From positions 6,269 through 70,268 of the IMG/VR virus record IMGVR_UViG_3300033407_000009: DNA of 64,000 nucleotides; one strand, written 5' to 3'. This document shows, piece by piece, positions 35,312 through 45,810 of the stretch (the first letter of the stretch is position 1; the number at the start of each line of letters is the position of its first letter). The notes under the pieces were generated by a model that did not search any database, was not told where the DNA came from, and saw only the letters and a program-made list of their open reading frames with translations. Origin of the DNA: a virus (lineage: Duplodnaviria; Caudoviricetes). Both the position numbers and the translations under genes were made by a program.

Positions 35312-36331
35312 GTGACCATCGACCAACGCAAGCTGATTCCGTTCCTGCACCGCACGGGCCACTTCTGGCGCCCCGGCCACCCGAACGGGTACAACGTCAC
35401 TGCGGACGATCTGAAGAACCTGGACATCCGCCACCGCATGGTGAAGGACGCCATCGCTTCCTGGCAGAGTCAGGACGCCAACTTCGAGTTCGCATCACTC
35501 GACAAACACCACCGCTCCATTCTGCCTGACGGGGACATCGGTCCTGTTACCGAGCTGATGCTGGATCTTCCTCGTTGTCCCCTTCCAGACTGGGCGCCAC
35601 CGGACAATGCCGCGTTGCCGATCTTCAGCGAAGATCCGCACGTCCAGCGGCAGATGGAAGGCGTGGTCGAGTCGATGCGGCAGTTTGCCACCGGATCTGG
35701 ATCATGGCCGGTGCCTGGCTGTGACACCTCGCGCCCGAATCGGGACAGAGAACATTCGACGCGGGTGAACATCGACACCAGCAACGCTTCCAGTCACCAG
35801 AAGGCAATCCTGAGGGAAGCCACTCGACTGGTGGAGCAGTGTGAAGCGGAGATGGGACAGGCGGTGCGGCACATCTTCGACGGGGATCCCAACGAGGCGG
35901 AGCATGCCATTGCCTTCGAGGGCATGCGGGGCGGAATCCTTGGCTACAACTACTTCCCCGAGGCCGGGAAGTGCAACCAGGTCGTCGCTGGCAGGATCAA
36001 CAATTCCTACAACGTGCCAGCCGAGGACTTTGCCGTCCTGCTGCTGCACGAATACAAGGGGCACGGCGACGGCGCCCAGCACACGCGCGGCGGGATCATG
36101 AACCCGTCGATTCTGCGTATTCGTCCCTTGTCGTGGAAGGGTGATCCGCACGAACCCACTAAGAGAAGGTGGTTCGGAGGAGATCCTGTTGTCGACGTGC
36201 CAACCGATCCAATTCCTCCGGATCAGCCTGGAGAAATCCCCTACGGCACCGTGCAACTCCAAGTCGGAACGACGACGTGGAAGCTGCACATGATCGAAGA
36301 CAGTGTGTTCAAGAAACTCGTTGGAAGCTGA
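35312..36331 (+). CDS. matrixin (M10/MMP)-like zinc metallopeptidase, candidate lysis enzyme
   Basis: Cysteine-switch-like PRCPLPD, HEYKGHGDGAQH zinc motif, Met-turn GIMNP. Confidence 0.75.
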   Translation: MTIDQRKLIPFLHRTGHFWRPGHPNGYNVTADDLKNLDIRHRMVKDAIASWQSQDANFEFASLDKHHRSILPDGDIGPVTELMLDLPRCPLPDWAPPDNAALPIFSEDPHVQRQMEGVVESMRQFATGSGSWPVPGCDTSRPNRDREHSTRVNIDTSNASSHQKAILREATRLVEQCEAEMGQAVRHIFDGDPNEAEHAIAFEGMRGGILGYNYFPEAGKCNQVVAGRINNSYNVPAEDFAVLLLHEYKGHGDGAQHTRGGIMNPSILRIRPLSWKGDPHEPTKRRWFGGDPVVDVPTDPIPPDQPGEIPYGTVQLQVGTTTWKLHMIEDSVFKKLVGS

Positions 36332-36425
36332 TTCACGCGGGGCTCGGTGGGCTGATGACCTGATACGTCAGACGCCGCCACGTTCGACTCGTGGCCCCCG
36401 TTCTTTTACCTGAAAGGAATTTCCC

Positions 36426-36632
36426 ATGCGTCCATTGATTTTCGCCGTCTGCCTGATTGCTCTTGTGCTCTGCATCCCCGCCGACGCCGAGGCCGCCTGC
36501 CGCGGACCGGTGCGAGGTGCCGTATCCGTCGCCGCTCGCGTCGTACGTGGCGTTGCCAGCGTGCGGCCCGTGCGTCGTGCGTTGCGCGGCGCCGCAAGGC
36601 TCGTGGCGCCGGCGAGGGCAAGGGGCTGCTGA
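36426..36632 (+). CDS. small secreted/membrane protein
   Basis: Signal peptide MRPLIFAVCLIALVLCIPADAEA, basic tail. Confidence 0.55.
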   Translation: MRPLIFAVCLIALVLCIPADAEAACRGPVRGAVSVAARVVRGVASVRPVRRALRGAARLVAPARARGC

Positions 36633-36843
36633 GATGATCAGTCGTAGACCTGCCGAATACGACTTGTCACAGGTGGACGGGCTATCGAGCGAGATGGCCA
36701 AGCGCGCATCCCGCCCTCACCTGTACACCAAGGAAGAGTGTTCCGAATCGCATGCCGAGCTATTGGCTGTGCGAGATCGGCTGAGGGAGTGGAAGCTGAT
36801 GCTCAAGAGGCAGGGGAAGTTGAGGGTGCAGTTCTAGTCATGC

Positions 36844-37101
36844 TCATTGCCCATTCGGTTGTGCATTGAGGTGCTCAAGGAACCTGCGATACGCCTCGAC
36901 ACTCGTGGCCATCCTGCCGCCTTCATAGCGGCACCACATCAGATAGACGGTTCTTCCGTCAACGCCTTGGCCATACGTTATGAGCTGCTTCAACCGAGAG
37001 TAGCTCTTGCCGACTCTTGCCGGTCCATCTGAAAGAAGAAACACCTGCTCGCTCAAAATCGCTGGATCTGGCGGGTTACGACGGACAACATTCATTCTCA
37101 T
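36844..37101 (-). CDS. DUF1580-like HTH DNA-binding protein
   Basis: GRTVYL...GGRMATSVEAYRRFLEHLN matches the DUF1580 pattern common in planctomycetes. Confidence 0.6.
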   Translation of the reverse strand: MRMNVVRRNPPDPAILSEQVFLLSDGPARVGKSYSRLKQLITYGQGVDGRTVYLMWCRYEGGRMATSVEAYRRFLEHLNAQPNGQ

Positions 37102-37222
37102 TAGGCAACTTTAGGCAAGATGTGACAGGCTGTGAGCAAAGCATATTTCCAGTTCCGCAATTCTCTGAGATTACTCGGAAGATCCCAAAGCTGGGAACCC
37201 CGAACCGTTTCAGAGGATTGTC

Positions 37223-38398
37223 ATGCCAGATACCAATGGCACCCCGCAGGCTGCTTCTCAGCCGCCCCCGTCGACTACGGAATCTCCTCCCGCGAACCTG
37301 AGTACCGCGTTCAGCGACGCGCTTCAGCAGCAACCTCAGCAGCAACCAGCTCCTTCCGCTCCCGCACAGCAACCTGCAACGCCATCGGCAGGTCCGCCGG
37401 CGTCCACCCCGCAGAACCCGGTCATCGACTACGCTCGTTCCGCGGGTCTGGACGTCGGCGACCACACATCGGACACCGACTTCGCCAAGCATCTTGTCGG
37501 CCAGTACCAGCAGCAGTCGCAGTTGGCTACCTGGGCGAAGCAACTTCTGCCGCACGCCAGCGAAATCACCGAGGCTCTGCGCAGCCGGCAGCAGCCGCAA
37601 CAGCAGCCGCCCGCCGAGCCTGAGGAATGGAATGTCGAATCGCATTTCTCCAAGGCGTGGGATCTTCCCAAGTACAACCCGTCGTGGGATTCGATGCTCC
37701 AGTCGGGAGTGATCCAGAAGGACGCCACTGGCCGCTATGTCCCCGCTGAAGGCCACGAATGGATGGGGATGAGCCCCGAGCTTCGTGAGTTGAACGAGTT
37801 CGAGGCGCACCGATCCAAGAGCGTGCAGGATCTGTTCTACGGCGGGAATTTCTACAAGAACGTCTGGGACAAGTTCCAGGAACCCATCGAGCGGATGATC
37901 CAGGAGAAGGCCCAGGCCCTTCTCGAGGAACGCTTCAGCCAAAACACGGCCCACGACGCGATTGGTAAGTTCGAGAGCCAGAACGAGAGTTGGCTGTACG
38001 ACGGCCAAAACATGGAGCTCGTCGACGGCCAGCCGATGCGGAAGCTCACCGATGGCGGGAAGAAGTTCTTTGACGCGGTGAGCACGCTGCGCCAGCACGG
38101 GGTAACGGACGCTGGGGCGCTGTTGCAACTCGCTTCGCAGTTAGCGCCGCCGCCGGCACAAGCGGGCGCAGTCACGCCTCAGCCGGGCGCCGGTGCTCCG
38201 CCGGCGAGCGGCGTCACCCCCGAACAGATCAGCGCCCAGCAGACGCAGTCTTTCCTCGAAAACGCGATGGCGCGTGCACAGCACAGCCCGTCTTCTGGCG
38301 GGGCGTCTGCTCCAGGCGGCAACGAGCCGGTGAACGCCACCGAAGTTGAAATCCACAACATGTTTCGAAACGCCCTGCGGGCGCACCAAGCGGCATAG
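37223..38398 (+). CDS. capsid scaffolding protein (putative)
   Basis: P/Q-rich termini, helical middle, directly upstream of the MCP. Confidence 0.65.
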   Translation: MPDTNGTPQAASQPPPSTTESPPANLSTAFSDALQQQPQQQPAPSAPAQQPATPSAGPPASTPQNPVIDYARSAGLDVGDHTSDTDFAKHLVGQYQQQSQLATWAKQLLPHASEITEALRSRQQPQQQPPAEPEEWNVESHFSKAWDLPKYNPSWDSMLQSGVIQKDATGRYVPAEGHEWMGMSPELRELNEFEAHRSKSVQDLFYGGNFYKNVWDKFQEPIERMIQEKAQALLEERFSQNTAHDAIGKFESQNESWLYDGQNMELVDGQPMRKLTDGGKKFFDAVSTLRQHGVTDAGALLQLASQLAPPPAQAGAVTPQPGAGAPPASGVTPEQISAQQTQSFLENAMARAQHSPSSGGASAPGGNEPVNATEVEIHNMFRNALRAHQAA

Positions 38399-38415
38399 CA
38401 TAAGGGTCTAGGTCA

Positions 38416-39564
38416 ATGTCCGACGTCTTCGCAGCTGTCGTCAGTGCGGTGCGCCCGAAGTACATGAAGGGCTTTGAGGACATGACGATCCGCCGTCGTC
38501 TTCTCCTGGCCATGTTGCGGCGCCGGGGCCGGATCGAGAAGAACGCCTCCGGCGATCAATGCGTCTACCAGCTGAAGTTTTCCAAGCCAAATTCGTCCCA
38601 GTATGCGGACGGATCGGCCGTGGATTACTCCAACCACAACCCGTTCCGGAGATTGAAGCTGGACTGGCGGGCGCACATCAACACCGACACGATCACGATG
38701 ATGCAGAAGGCGATCAACACTGGCGACAACCAGTTGATCAATCTGTACCAGGACAAGATCAACAACATCATGTCCGGCCTCACCGAGGACTTCTCCGGCG
38801 AGTTGTACAAGGACGGGCATGCCGCCGGGCGCGAGAACGCCGTCCACGGTTTGGAGACGTACCTGGGCGACGACGGGAATACCGTTGTGGGCGACATCAT
38901 CGCCAAGCCATCCGACACGGTTGGTATCGACGCGCTGTCCACGGTTCCCGGAAACGAGGGCGGAAGCTGGACGTCGGCTCTGGGAACTTCACCCAACGCG
39001 ACTCTCGCCAACGACTGGCCGAACGGTTCCGGGGACAGGGAGTACGACTACAACTCCCCCAAGCTCTTGAACTGGTCAAGCAATGCGTGGGGAACCAGCG
39101 CGGTCACCTGGGAAGCCAACTGCTGGCGCGTGATCAGCCAAGCCCTAACCTGGTTGCACATCACCTCTGGCGTGAACGCGGGGCTCTGCATCCTGCCGAG
39201 TCACCTATACCAGGGCTACAAGAACCACCACGAGACCCTGCGCCGGATCAACATCCCCCACCAGGAAGCACAGGATCTGGGATTCGGCAACACGCTGAAC
39301 CAGGACGGCTGCGCGATTCAGATGGACTTCGACGTACCGGTCAACACCGGCTACGTGCTGAACGTCGAGGATCTGACTCTCACAAGCCTGATGAACAACC
39401 TGTTCTGGTCTCTGGACAGCATGACGGACGGCTCCAGCGCGATGGGCATCGTTAAGGGCATCGACATGCGGACTCTCAGCAACCTGATGGCCGCGGGCTT
39501 TTTCGGGAACCTAAAAGCGAAAGCCCGGAATTTGGGGAAAATGCTCAACTACGCTGCTGCGTAG
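38416..39564 (+). CDS. major capsid protein (HK97 fold)
   Basis: 382 aa after the scaffold; LLAMLRRRGRI..SG...LYKDG...GLE pattern of HK97-fold MCPs. Confidence 0.85.
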   Translation: MSDVFAAVVSAVRPKYMKGFEDMTIRRRLLLAMLRRRGRIEKNASGDQCVYQLKFSKPNSSQYADGSAVDYSNHNPFRRLKLDWRAHINTDTITMMQKAINTGDNQLINLYQDKINNIMSGLTEDFSGELYKDGHAAGRENAVHGLETYLGDDGNTVVGDIIAKPSDTVGIDALSTVPGNEGGSWTSALGTSPNATLANDWPNGSGDREYDYNSPKLLNWSSNAWGTSAVTWEANCWRVISQALTWLHITSGVNAGLCILPSHLYQGYKNHHETLRRINIPHQEAQDLGFGNTLNQDGCAIQMDFDVPVNTGYVLNVEDLTLTSLMNNLFWSLDSMTDGSSAMGIVKGIDMRTLSNLMAAGFFGNLKAKARNLGKMLNYAAA

Positions 39565-39656
39565 AACTTACGTCAATGGACAGCAAGTCCGACGCAGCGT
39601 CCGGCCGAGTGGTGCCGGAAGCGAAATCGGAAGTGTCATAGCCAAGGAATGAAGCA

Positions 39657-40304
39657 ATGGACAGCGTTGGTGGGCTCCCCCGCAGGGGAACGACGTTTTT
39701 CGCTGGCTCCACGCCTCCGACGACATTCGGCGGCACGGTCGGTATCGAAGGCCATCTTCAGCGCTTCCGTGATCTGGATCCCACCACGGGTGTGGATTCC
39801 AGCTACCAGGCGCGCACTGGCCGGTTCAACATCTGCCGATTTGTGCGGAACGTGTCTGGGATGTCGGATCCACTGCTCCCCAAGCGGGTCGTGAAGTACG
39901 CCTCCGCTCACCGCTACAAGCGAGTGGATGGGTACTGCAACGTCGACTACGAGGAAGTGGCCGGCGTCGTGGACGACTTCCTAGCCTCGGGGATTCCGAA
40001 CAACGATCTGGGCTGGATCGTGGTGGCGGGGCCAGCTCTGGTGACGATGCCTGCCTCCCAGATAGGCGACATCGCCATTGGCCAGCGACTGGTTGCCTTG
40101 ACTGCCGCGGCCTCGACGCATTCGACGACCGCTGGCCGTCCGCGGGTGTTCAACGCTGCCGGGACGTTCACGGCGGCTCAGACGACCGACGGCACGGCCT
40201 TCAAGGTTCTCCAGTACAGCTTTGGCTCGGCGCTTTCCGCGGTGAGCAGCTCGTCCACCAACAGCGACATGCTGGTGAACGTGGACCTCGTGAAGGCGGC
40301 GTAA
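39657..40304 (+). CDS. capsid decoration/cement protein (putative)
   Basis: Follows the MCP; VAGVVD...GWIVVAGPA beta-rich motif. Confidence 0.6.
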   Translation: MDSVGGLPRRGTTFFAGSTPPTTFGGTVGIEGHLQRFRDLDPTTGVDSSYQARTGRFNICRFVRNVSGMSDPLLPKRVVKYASAHRYKRVDGYCNVDYEEVAGVVDDFLASGIPNNDLGWIVVAGPALVTMPASQIGDIAIGQRLVALTAAASTHSTTAGRPRVFNAAGTFTAAQTTDGTAFKVLQYSFGSALSAVSSSSTNSDMLVNVDLVKAA

Positions 40305-40356
40305 CGAATCAAGAGCGACGACAGGTTCGGGAGCTGCACTTGCAGCTACGCGGCGG

Positions 40357-40388
40357 CCAGGTTGGGCAATCCAGCCTGGCCGTTTTTA
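40357..40388 (+). terminator. intrinsic terminator after the capsid genes
   Basis: GGCCAGGTTGG-gcaat-CCAGCCTGGCC then GTTTTT. Confidence 0.75.
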
Positions 40389-40548
40389 TTGGCGGGTGAG
40401 CTTTCCAGTTTCGCCGGATGCGTGGTAAGAAGTCTGGGGTTAGGAATCCTGTGCCTGGATGGGGGCCCGGGTTCTTCTCCCCGGCCCCCACTCTTTTGCG
40501 CGTTGGCCTGTGGGCCGTGTTTCAAACGATGATTCTGTGGAGAGCGAC

Positions 40549-42117
40549 GTGAAGAAAGCAAAACTGGACATCTACGTGGCGATGTTTGCATATTCTGGGA
40601 ATGGAGGAATAGCCTCTACCCTCCCAGAGATTGCCACTTGGTGGGCCGAGACGCGTGTGAAGATGGAGGCGGATGATCGCATCGGGCGGGTGGCAGTCGA
40701 AATTCTGTGCGACACACCAATATTCCTCTCGAGAAATGCAGCCGTCCAGCATGCCGGTCAGTCGGGGTTCGACGTTCTCATGATGATCGACTCGGACAAC
40801 GAGCCGGACATCGAACTGAAGCGCGGCATGTCCTGGGCCAAACCATTCTGGGATACGAGCTTCGACTTCCTGTATGAGAGGTCGATCCGCGGCATCCCCA
40901 CGGTTGTTGGCGCGCCGTACTGCGGACCTCCGCCGCATCCAGTCCATGGGGGCGAGGAGAATCCTTACATCTTCCGTTGGCACAGCCTAGAGTCGTCAGT
41001 CGAACCGTACTTCTCGCTCGTGCAGTACACGCGAGAAGAGGCGGCGCTAATGAGGGGGACTGGAATCCGAGAGGCGGCGGCTCTACCTACTGGGCTGATC
41101 CTCTACAGCATGGACGCGTTTGGGCTGATCAACCATCCCTACTTTGACTACGAGTACCGGGACGACACAAAGTCGGAGAAGGTGTCCACCGAGGACGTGG
41201 TAAACACGCGGGACATCTCCCTGGCTGGATGGACGAAGTTGAAGCAGGCCGTCGTCCACTGTAACCATGATTCATGGGCGGCTCATCACAAGGCCAAGGC
41301 CGTCGGTGCGCCCATTCTCATCACAGCCGACGCCGTTTCCGAGCGATACCGCAAGGCCATCGAGCGGGGGATCGGAGAGAACGATCGGATGATCGACGTG
41401 AACTTTGAACGTGCCGTACCACTTTCCTTCGCTCCCACCGAAGAAATGCCACGGGAGCCGGAACTGGTCTACGCCGAAGAGAACGGCTGGAAGGCACTCT
41501 CGGATGCAAAGATCCCGATCATCAAACGTCGCATTGCAGGACGAGTCGCCGTTTCCATTGGCGACGGCGTACCTGACGTCGATTTGCAGGCGCTCACGGC
41601 ACTGGCAGAGATGCAGTCTGGCAAGCGAGGTTCTGTCCGGATCATAGAGGTTGGAGGTTGGGTGGGAGAGTGTGCGATCGCTCTGGCGTCCGGCATGAAG
41701 GACGGGATGGTGTACTGCATCGACGACTTTTCCGGCGCGACGCATGGCAAGGAGGACATCGTCTCGCTGATTGGCGGGCCAGGGAAACTTCAGCAGCAGT
41801 TTGCCGAGAACGTGGCGGATCTGCTGAACAGCAAGATCAAGATCATCTCCGAGGATCCGGCGGAGGCTGTCATCACCATGCAGTCGCAGGACGCGGACGT
41901 GATTCTGGTTCACCGCCAGGAGGATCTTGCATCATGGGCGGCGCACCTTCACCCCGAAGGATTCATCTGTGGATTGAATGCCGACGACTGGGATTTGACG
42001 CTGTTCAACGAGGTCGAATGCCGGATCATGCGGTTCGAGAATACGAGCCTCTGGACGGTAGCGGCCAAGGAGTACAGGCAGTGCCTGAAACGGAAGCAGC
42101 CAGCGAACTCCGCGTGA
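40549..42117 (+). CDS. GT-A glycosyltransferase fused to class I SAM methyltransferase
   Basis: SRNAAV...LMMIDSD (DxD), TGLIL, EDV...H; C-terminal IIEVGGWVGECAI..CIDDF. Confidence 0.7.
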   Translation: MKKAKLDIYVAMFAYSGNGGIASTLPEIATWWAETRVKMEADDRIGRVAVEILCDTPIFLSRNAAVQHAGQSGFDVLMMIDSDNEPDIELKRGMSWAKPFWDTSFDFLYERSIRGIPTVVGAPYCGPPPHPVHGGEENPYIFRWHSLESSVEPYFSLVQYTREEAALMRGTGIREAAALPTGLILYSMDAFGLINHPYFDYEYRDDTKSEKVSTEDVVNTRDISLAGWTKLKQAVVHCNHDSWAAHHKAKAVGAPILITADAVSERYRKAIERGIGENDRMIDVNFERAVPLSFAPTEEMPREPELVYAEENGWKALSDAKIPIIKRRIAGRVAVSIGDGVPDVDLQALTALAEMQSGKRGSVRIIEVGGWVGECAIALASGMKDGMVYCIDDFSGATHGKEDIVSLIGGPGKLQQQFAENVADLLNSKIKIISEDPAEAVITMQSQDADVILVHRQEDLASWAAHLHPEGFICGLNADDWDLTLFNEVECRIMRFENTSLWTVAAKEYRQCLKRKQPANSA

Positions 42118-42788
42118 TGGTGGGGAACGAGGAGCGCTTGCTCTACTATCACAATGATCGGTGCTCACAGGGTGTCATTGACGACATCTTCCACTGGAAC
42201 GAGTACCCGATCATCGGAAATCGGCAGCCGAAGACGATCGTGGACATCGGGGCCAACGTCGGGGTGGCCGCGCTCTGGTTCGCTATGCACTACTTGGAAG
42301 CGGAGATCCACGCCTACGAACCATCCGTCGAGTCCTACGAACTGCTGCTGCGAAACACTGAGGGACTGAATGTTGTCTGTCATCAATCCGCCGTGTCGGA
42401 CTTCTGCGGCGCGGCAAACCTGCGGCGCGGCATGGTGAGCGTATGCAGTTCTCTTTTCAAGACGGGCCACGACGAGCGTGGAAAAGAAACCGTGAACGTC
42501 GAGCATGCGGGTGACGTTGTTCTCTCATTGGGCCCGGACATTCTCAAGATCGACGCCGAGGGCGCGGAGATTTCGATCCTCGAATCGATCGGAAAGCAGT
42601 TGGCCGGTATCGGCATCGTCTACGTGGAATACCACCGGGGGCGATACCGCCACCAGATTGAAGAGATGTTCCGCGCGACGCACCATCTGGCGCGGGGAAA
42701 GATCCGCCATCAGAACCAGGGAGTCTTTACGTACGTCAGGGAGGACTGGCTGGGGGAAGACTCGGACGCGTGGAGTGTGGGGCCATGA
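42117..42788 (+). CDS. FkbM-family methyltransferase
   Basis: IVDIGANVG, YEPS, ILKIDAEGAE, VEYH. Confidence 0.9.
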   Translation: MVGNEERLLYYHNDRCSQGVIDDIFHWNEYPIIGNRQPKTIVDIGANVGVAALWFAMHYLEAEIHAYEPSVESYELLLRNTEGLNVVCHQSAVSDFCGAANLRRGMVSVCSSLFKTGHDERGKETVNVEHAGDVVLSLGPDILKIDAEGAEISILESIGKQLAGIGIVYVEYHRGRYRHQIEEMFRATHHLARGKIRHQNQGVFTYVREDWLGEDSDAWSVGP

Positions 42789-43780
42789 TTGATCAGGAAA
42801 GGTGGGACTATCTGGCGGAGAAGTTCGGGGTTTACCCGGGCAGGCCGATCCGGCACTCGCCGAATCCGGGGGAGCATGCCACCGAGAAGATGCTGGTCTA
42901 CGAGTTCTTCTGGAAGTGCTACCAACTGGACGAGATCGAGAAGACGGTCCTGGACATGATGGGTGGCGGCGCGACTCACGAGGATATCCTGGCCTGGCTG
43001 AAGTCGATGGAGGGCGTCAAGAAAATCTACGGCAGTACGAAGTACGAAGACGTGATGCGTACGCTGTTCGCCAAGGCGCCGTTCAACGAGGATGAGCCGC
43101 AGTACCTGGCCGCATTGGCAGAGTGGCTCCATACGGGAAAGCGGCCTGACACCGGCCAGAGAAGCGAAATTTGGAAGTGTCCTGAACCTCCACAGGGCTG
43201 CGGGCGGCCAATGGGCGGGGAGTTTTTCCCCCTGTTGGTGCTCAATGATCCCAGGTGCTCGGACTGCATCTACCGCGACGGCCACAGGGTAAAGACTCGT
43301 CTTCATGCCGATGGGGTACGCAAGGCGCTCAAGGAAATCTACGACGTCATCCACTACCAGACGATCGACGTCCCGAAAGTGAATGAACTATTGGAATCGG
43401 TTGTCCGCAGGTGGGGTGGCGCGGACGCGGTAGGGGAGTTCTGGTACCAGCAGATTGACTTGATGGCCCAGCAGAAGCCGGGATCGAAGGAACTCTTGGG
43501 ACATATGCGGGACTTCTCTCGGTTCTGGCTGGCTGTCCAGGAGAACCAGCGCGGGCACACCCCATTGGACGAAATGTCCGATGAGGAGATGGCCGATCGC
43601 ATCACCGGGCTGGCCGTGGAGCGACTGGGGAAGTATGGCAAGGAGCATCTCTTGAAAGTGCTGGTTCCTGACGAGAACGAACCGGTAATTGATCGGGAGA
43701 ATGTCGAGGCGCTGAACCCGCTGAAGATTACGCACAAGAAGACGCCTCGGAAGAGGCCACCAAGGAAGAAGAAGGCATGA
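42785..43780 (+). CDS. hypothetical protein upstream of terL (terminase small subunit candidate)
   Basis: Position, CxxC motifs, C-terminal LDEMSDEEM and basic tail. Confidence 0.4.
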   Translation: MIDQERWDYLAEKFGVYPGRPIRHSPNPGEHATEKMLVYEFFWKCYQLDEIEKTVLDMMGGGATHEDILAWLKSMEGVKKIYGSTKYEDVMRTLFAKAPFNEDEPQYLAALAEWLHTGKRPDTGQRSEIWKCPEPPQGCGRPMGGEFFPLLVLNDPRCSDCIYRDGHRVKTRLHADGVRKALKEIYDVIHYQTIDVPKVNELLESVVRRWGGADAVGEFWYQQIDLMAQQKPGSKELLGHMRDFSRFWLAVQENQRGHTPLDEMSDEEMADRITGLAVERLGKYGKEHLLKVLVPDENEPVIDRENVEALNPLKITHKKTPRKRPPRKKKA

Positions 43781-44012
43781 GCGATCTGTCGCAACAACTA
43801 CGAAATGCCAGCGGACAAAACGGCCAGGGTGAGCTTTTGCTGAAGGCTGCGGACGAAATGGACCGACTGGAGAAACTCCTCGAAATATACCAAGAGGAGC
43901 TCACTAACATTTCAGATCGCGTTGACGATGCCATGCACATTCTGAGTGAGGCCGAAGAAGGACTCGTCGATTAACCAAAAGGCGTGATTCCCCGAACCTG
44001 TCCAGGGGAAGC

Positions 44013-45800
44013 ATGGCACGCCACAACGCACGTCCAGCGGCCGAGAACCAGGGTGAACTGGAGCGGGCCTTCTCCGCACTCGAGGCGCGCGAACGGGAAG
44101 TGTTAAAGATTTACCGACCGTTCACCAAAACTCAGCAGCGAATACACGAAAGTCCGTGCCTGGAGCTAATTTGTAAAGGTGGAAAGAGAGCCGGCAAAAC
44201 AATTCCCGGCCTTGTCGAGTTCGCCAGACGCATCCTCGGCCAGCCAATCACAGGCATCAATGGCGAGGAGCTTCCATCCCTCTGGCCATGCTCGACACCG
44301 GAAGATCCGAAGCGCTACTGGGTGATCGGCTGGGACTGGAAGCATATCGGCCAAACCCTGTACCCCAAGATGTTCGAGCCGGGACTGCTTCGCTGCATCC
44401 GCGACAAGAAGACGAAGAAGTGGCGTCTGTTCAATGAGGCGGATCCCGAGGACATGGCTCGGTACAAGGAGTCGGTTCCGAGTGAGCCGTTGTTTCCTCC
44501 GCGGCTGATCATTGAAGATTCGTGGGACTGGTACACGACTGGTTCTCGTGAAGTGAAGTCGCTCAGACTCAAGAACGGCGCCATGATCTGTTTCTATCCA
44601 TCGTCCTCACAGAGCCCCAAGCAGGGGGACGACGTTCATGGGGTGTGGATCGACGAAGACATCCAGCACGCTCACCACCTGGACGAGTTCCAGGATCGCG
44701 GAACGAAGGTGAACGGCTGGTTCCTCTGGACGGTGTGGCCGCACGTTCACAACTACGCACTCATGGGGCTCTTGGATCGGGCCGCGGAGCAGGAGGAGGA
44801 GGATTCGGACAAGAGGGACATCGAGGCGATTACGCTACTGATGTCTGAGAACCCAACTATCACCAAACAGGCCAAGGACCGCGCCTTTCGGAAGATGGGC
44901 AGCGAGGAGGCGATCGCACGCCGAGACAGGGGGGACTTGCTGCTCGATGACATTGCCATGTACGACTATGCGCGAGAAATCCACCGTATTCAGACGCTTC
45001 CCGCCAGAGAATTGGCCGAACTTCCAAAAACCAGACTGGCGATTCTCAGCAAGATATTCACCGAGTTGAAGCGGTTTCCCTACGAGTGGACGCGATACCT
45101 GTCGATCGATCCGTCCCACTACCAAACGGCGGTTATCTTTGGTGTGGTCCCTCCACCGGAGATCGACGGGGTGAGTTTTGAGGGGGTGATCATCGTCGAG
45201 GACGAGCTGATCGCCAGGAAGGCTACTTCGGAAGTTCTGGCCAAGGCGGTGAAGCAGAAGATCGGTTCGAGGATGTACGAAGCGTTCATCATGGACAAGC
45301 GGATGGGCCGCGCAACCCGCGTAGGGGCCGGGGATACCGTGTTCCACGCCTACACGAAGGCTTTCCAGGCAGAGCGAATCGTCAGTAGAATTACCAAGAG
45401 CGGTTTCATTCCTGGACTGGACAAGCCGGCCAGGCGGTACTTGATGGTTCGGCAGCTGATGGGGGTCGACGACAGTGGCGATACGCGGTTCTTCATTTGC
45501 GAGCACTGCACAGCCACGATCAAGGAATTCACAACGTACCGGAAGAAGCAGCAGCGATTGCTCAATGGAGAGATGGTTGTCTTGGATGAGCCGGCAAATC
45601 CGAGAATTCATGACGCAATGGCAGGGGTGGAGTACCTCGTCGCGTACGTCACCCCCCTTCACGAGATGGGGATAGCCTACATTCAAGCGGAAGAGTACAG
45701 GAGCCAGGGCAGTCCGGCGTACCACGCCGCGCAGCGTTTGCTCAAGTTCCAGAATTCGTCATCGCCGTACGTCCATTTAGGGCCGGGAGCAGTAGCGTAA
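44013..45800 (+). CDS. terL: terminase large subunit
   Basis: Walker A GGKRAGKT, QG..VHGVWIDED (Walker B), nuclease SIDPSH, HDAMAGVEY. Confidence 0.92.
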   Translation: MARHNARPAAENQGELERAFSALEAREREVLKIYRPFTKTQQRIHESPCLELICKGGKRAGKTIPGLVEFARRILGQPITGINGEELPSLWPCSTPEDPKRYWVIGWDWKHIGQTLYPKMFEPGLLRCIRDKKTKKWRLFNEADPEDMARYKESVPSEPLFPPRLIIEDSWDWYTTGSREVKSLRLKNGAMICFYPSSSQSPKQGDDVHGVWIDEDIQHAHHLDEFQDRGTKVNGWFLWTVWPHVHNYALMGLLDRAAEQEEEDSDKRDIEAITLLMSENPTITKQAKDRAFRKMGSEEAIARRDRGDLLLDDIAMYDYAREIHRIQTLPARELAELPKTRLAILSKIFTELKRFPYEWTRYLSIDPSHYQTAVIFGVVPPPEIDGVSFEGVIIVEDELIARKATSEVLAKAVKQKIGSRMYEAFIMDKRMGRATRVGAGDTVFHAYTKAFQAERIVSRITKSGFIPGLDKPARRYLMVRQLMGVDDSGDTRFFICEHCTATIKEFTTYRKKQQRLLNGEMVVLDEPANPRIHDAMAGVEYLVAYVTPLHEMGIAYIQAEEYRSQGSPAYHAAQRLLKFQNSSSPYVHLGPGAVA

Positions 45801-45810
45801 AGGAGAGATC

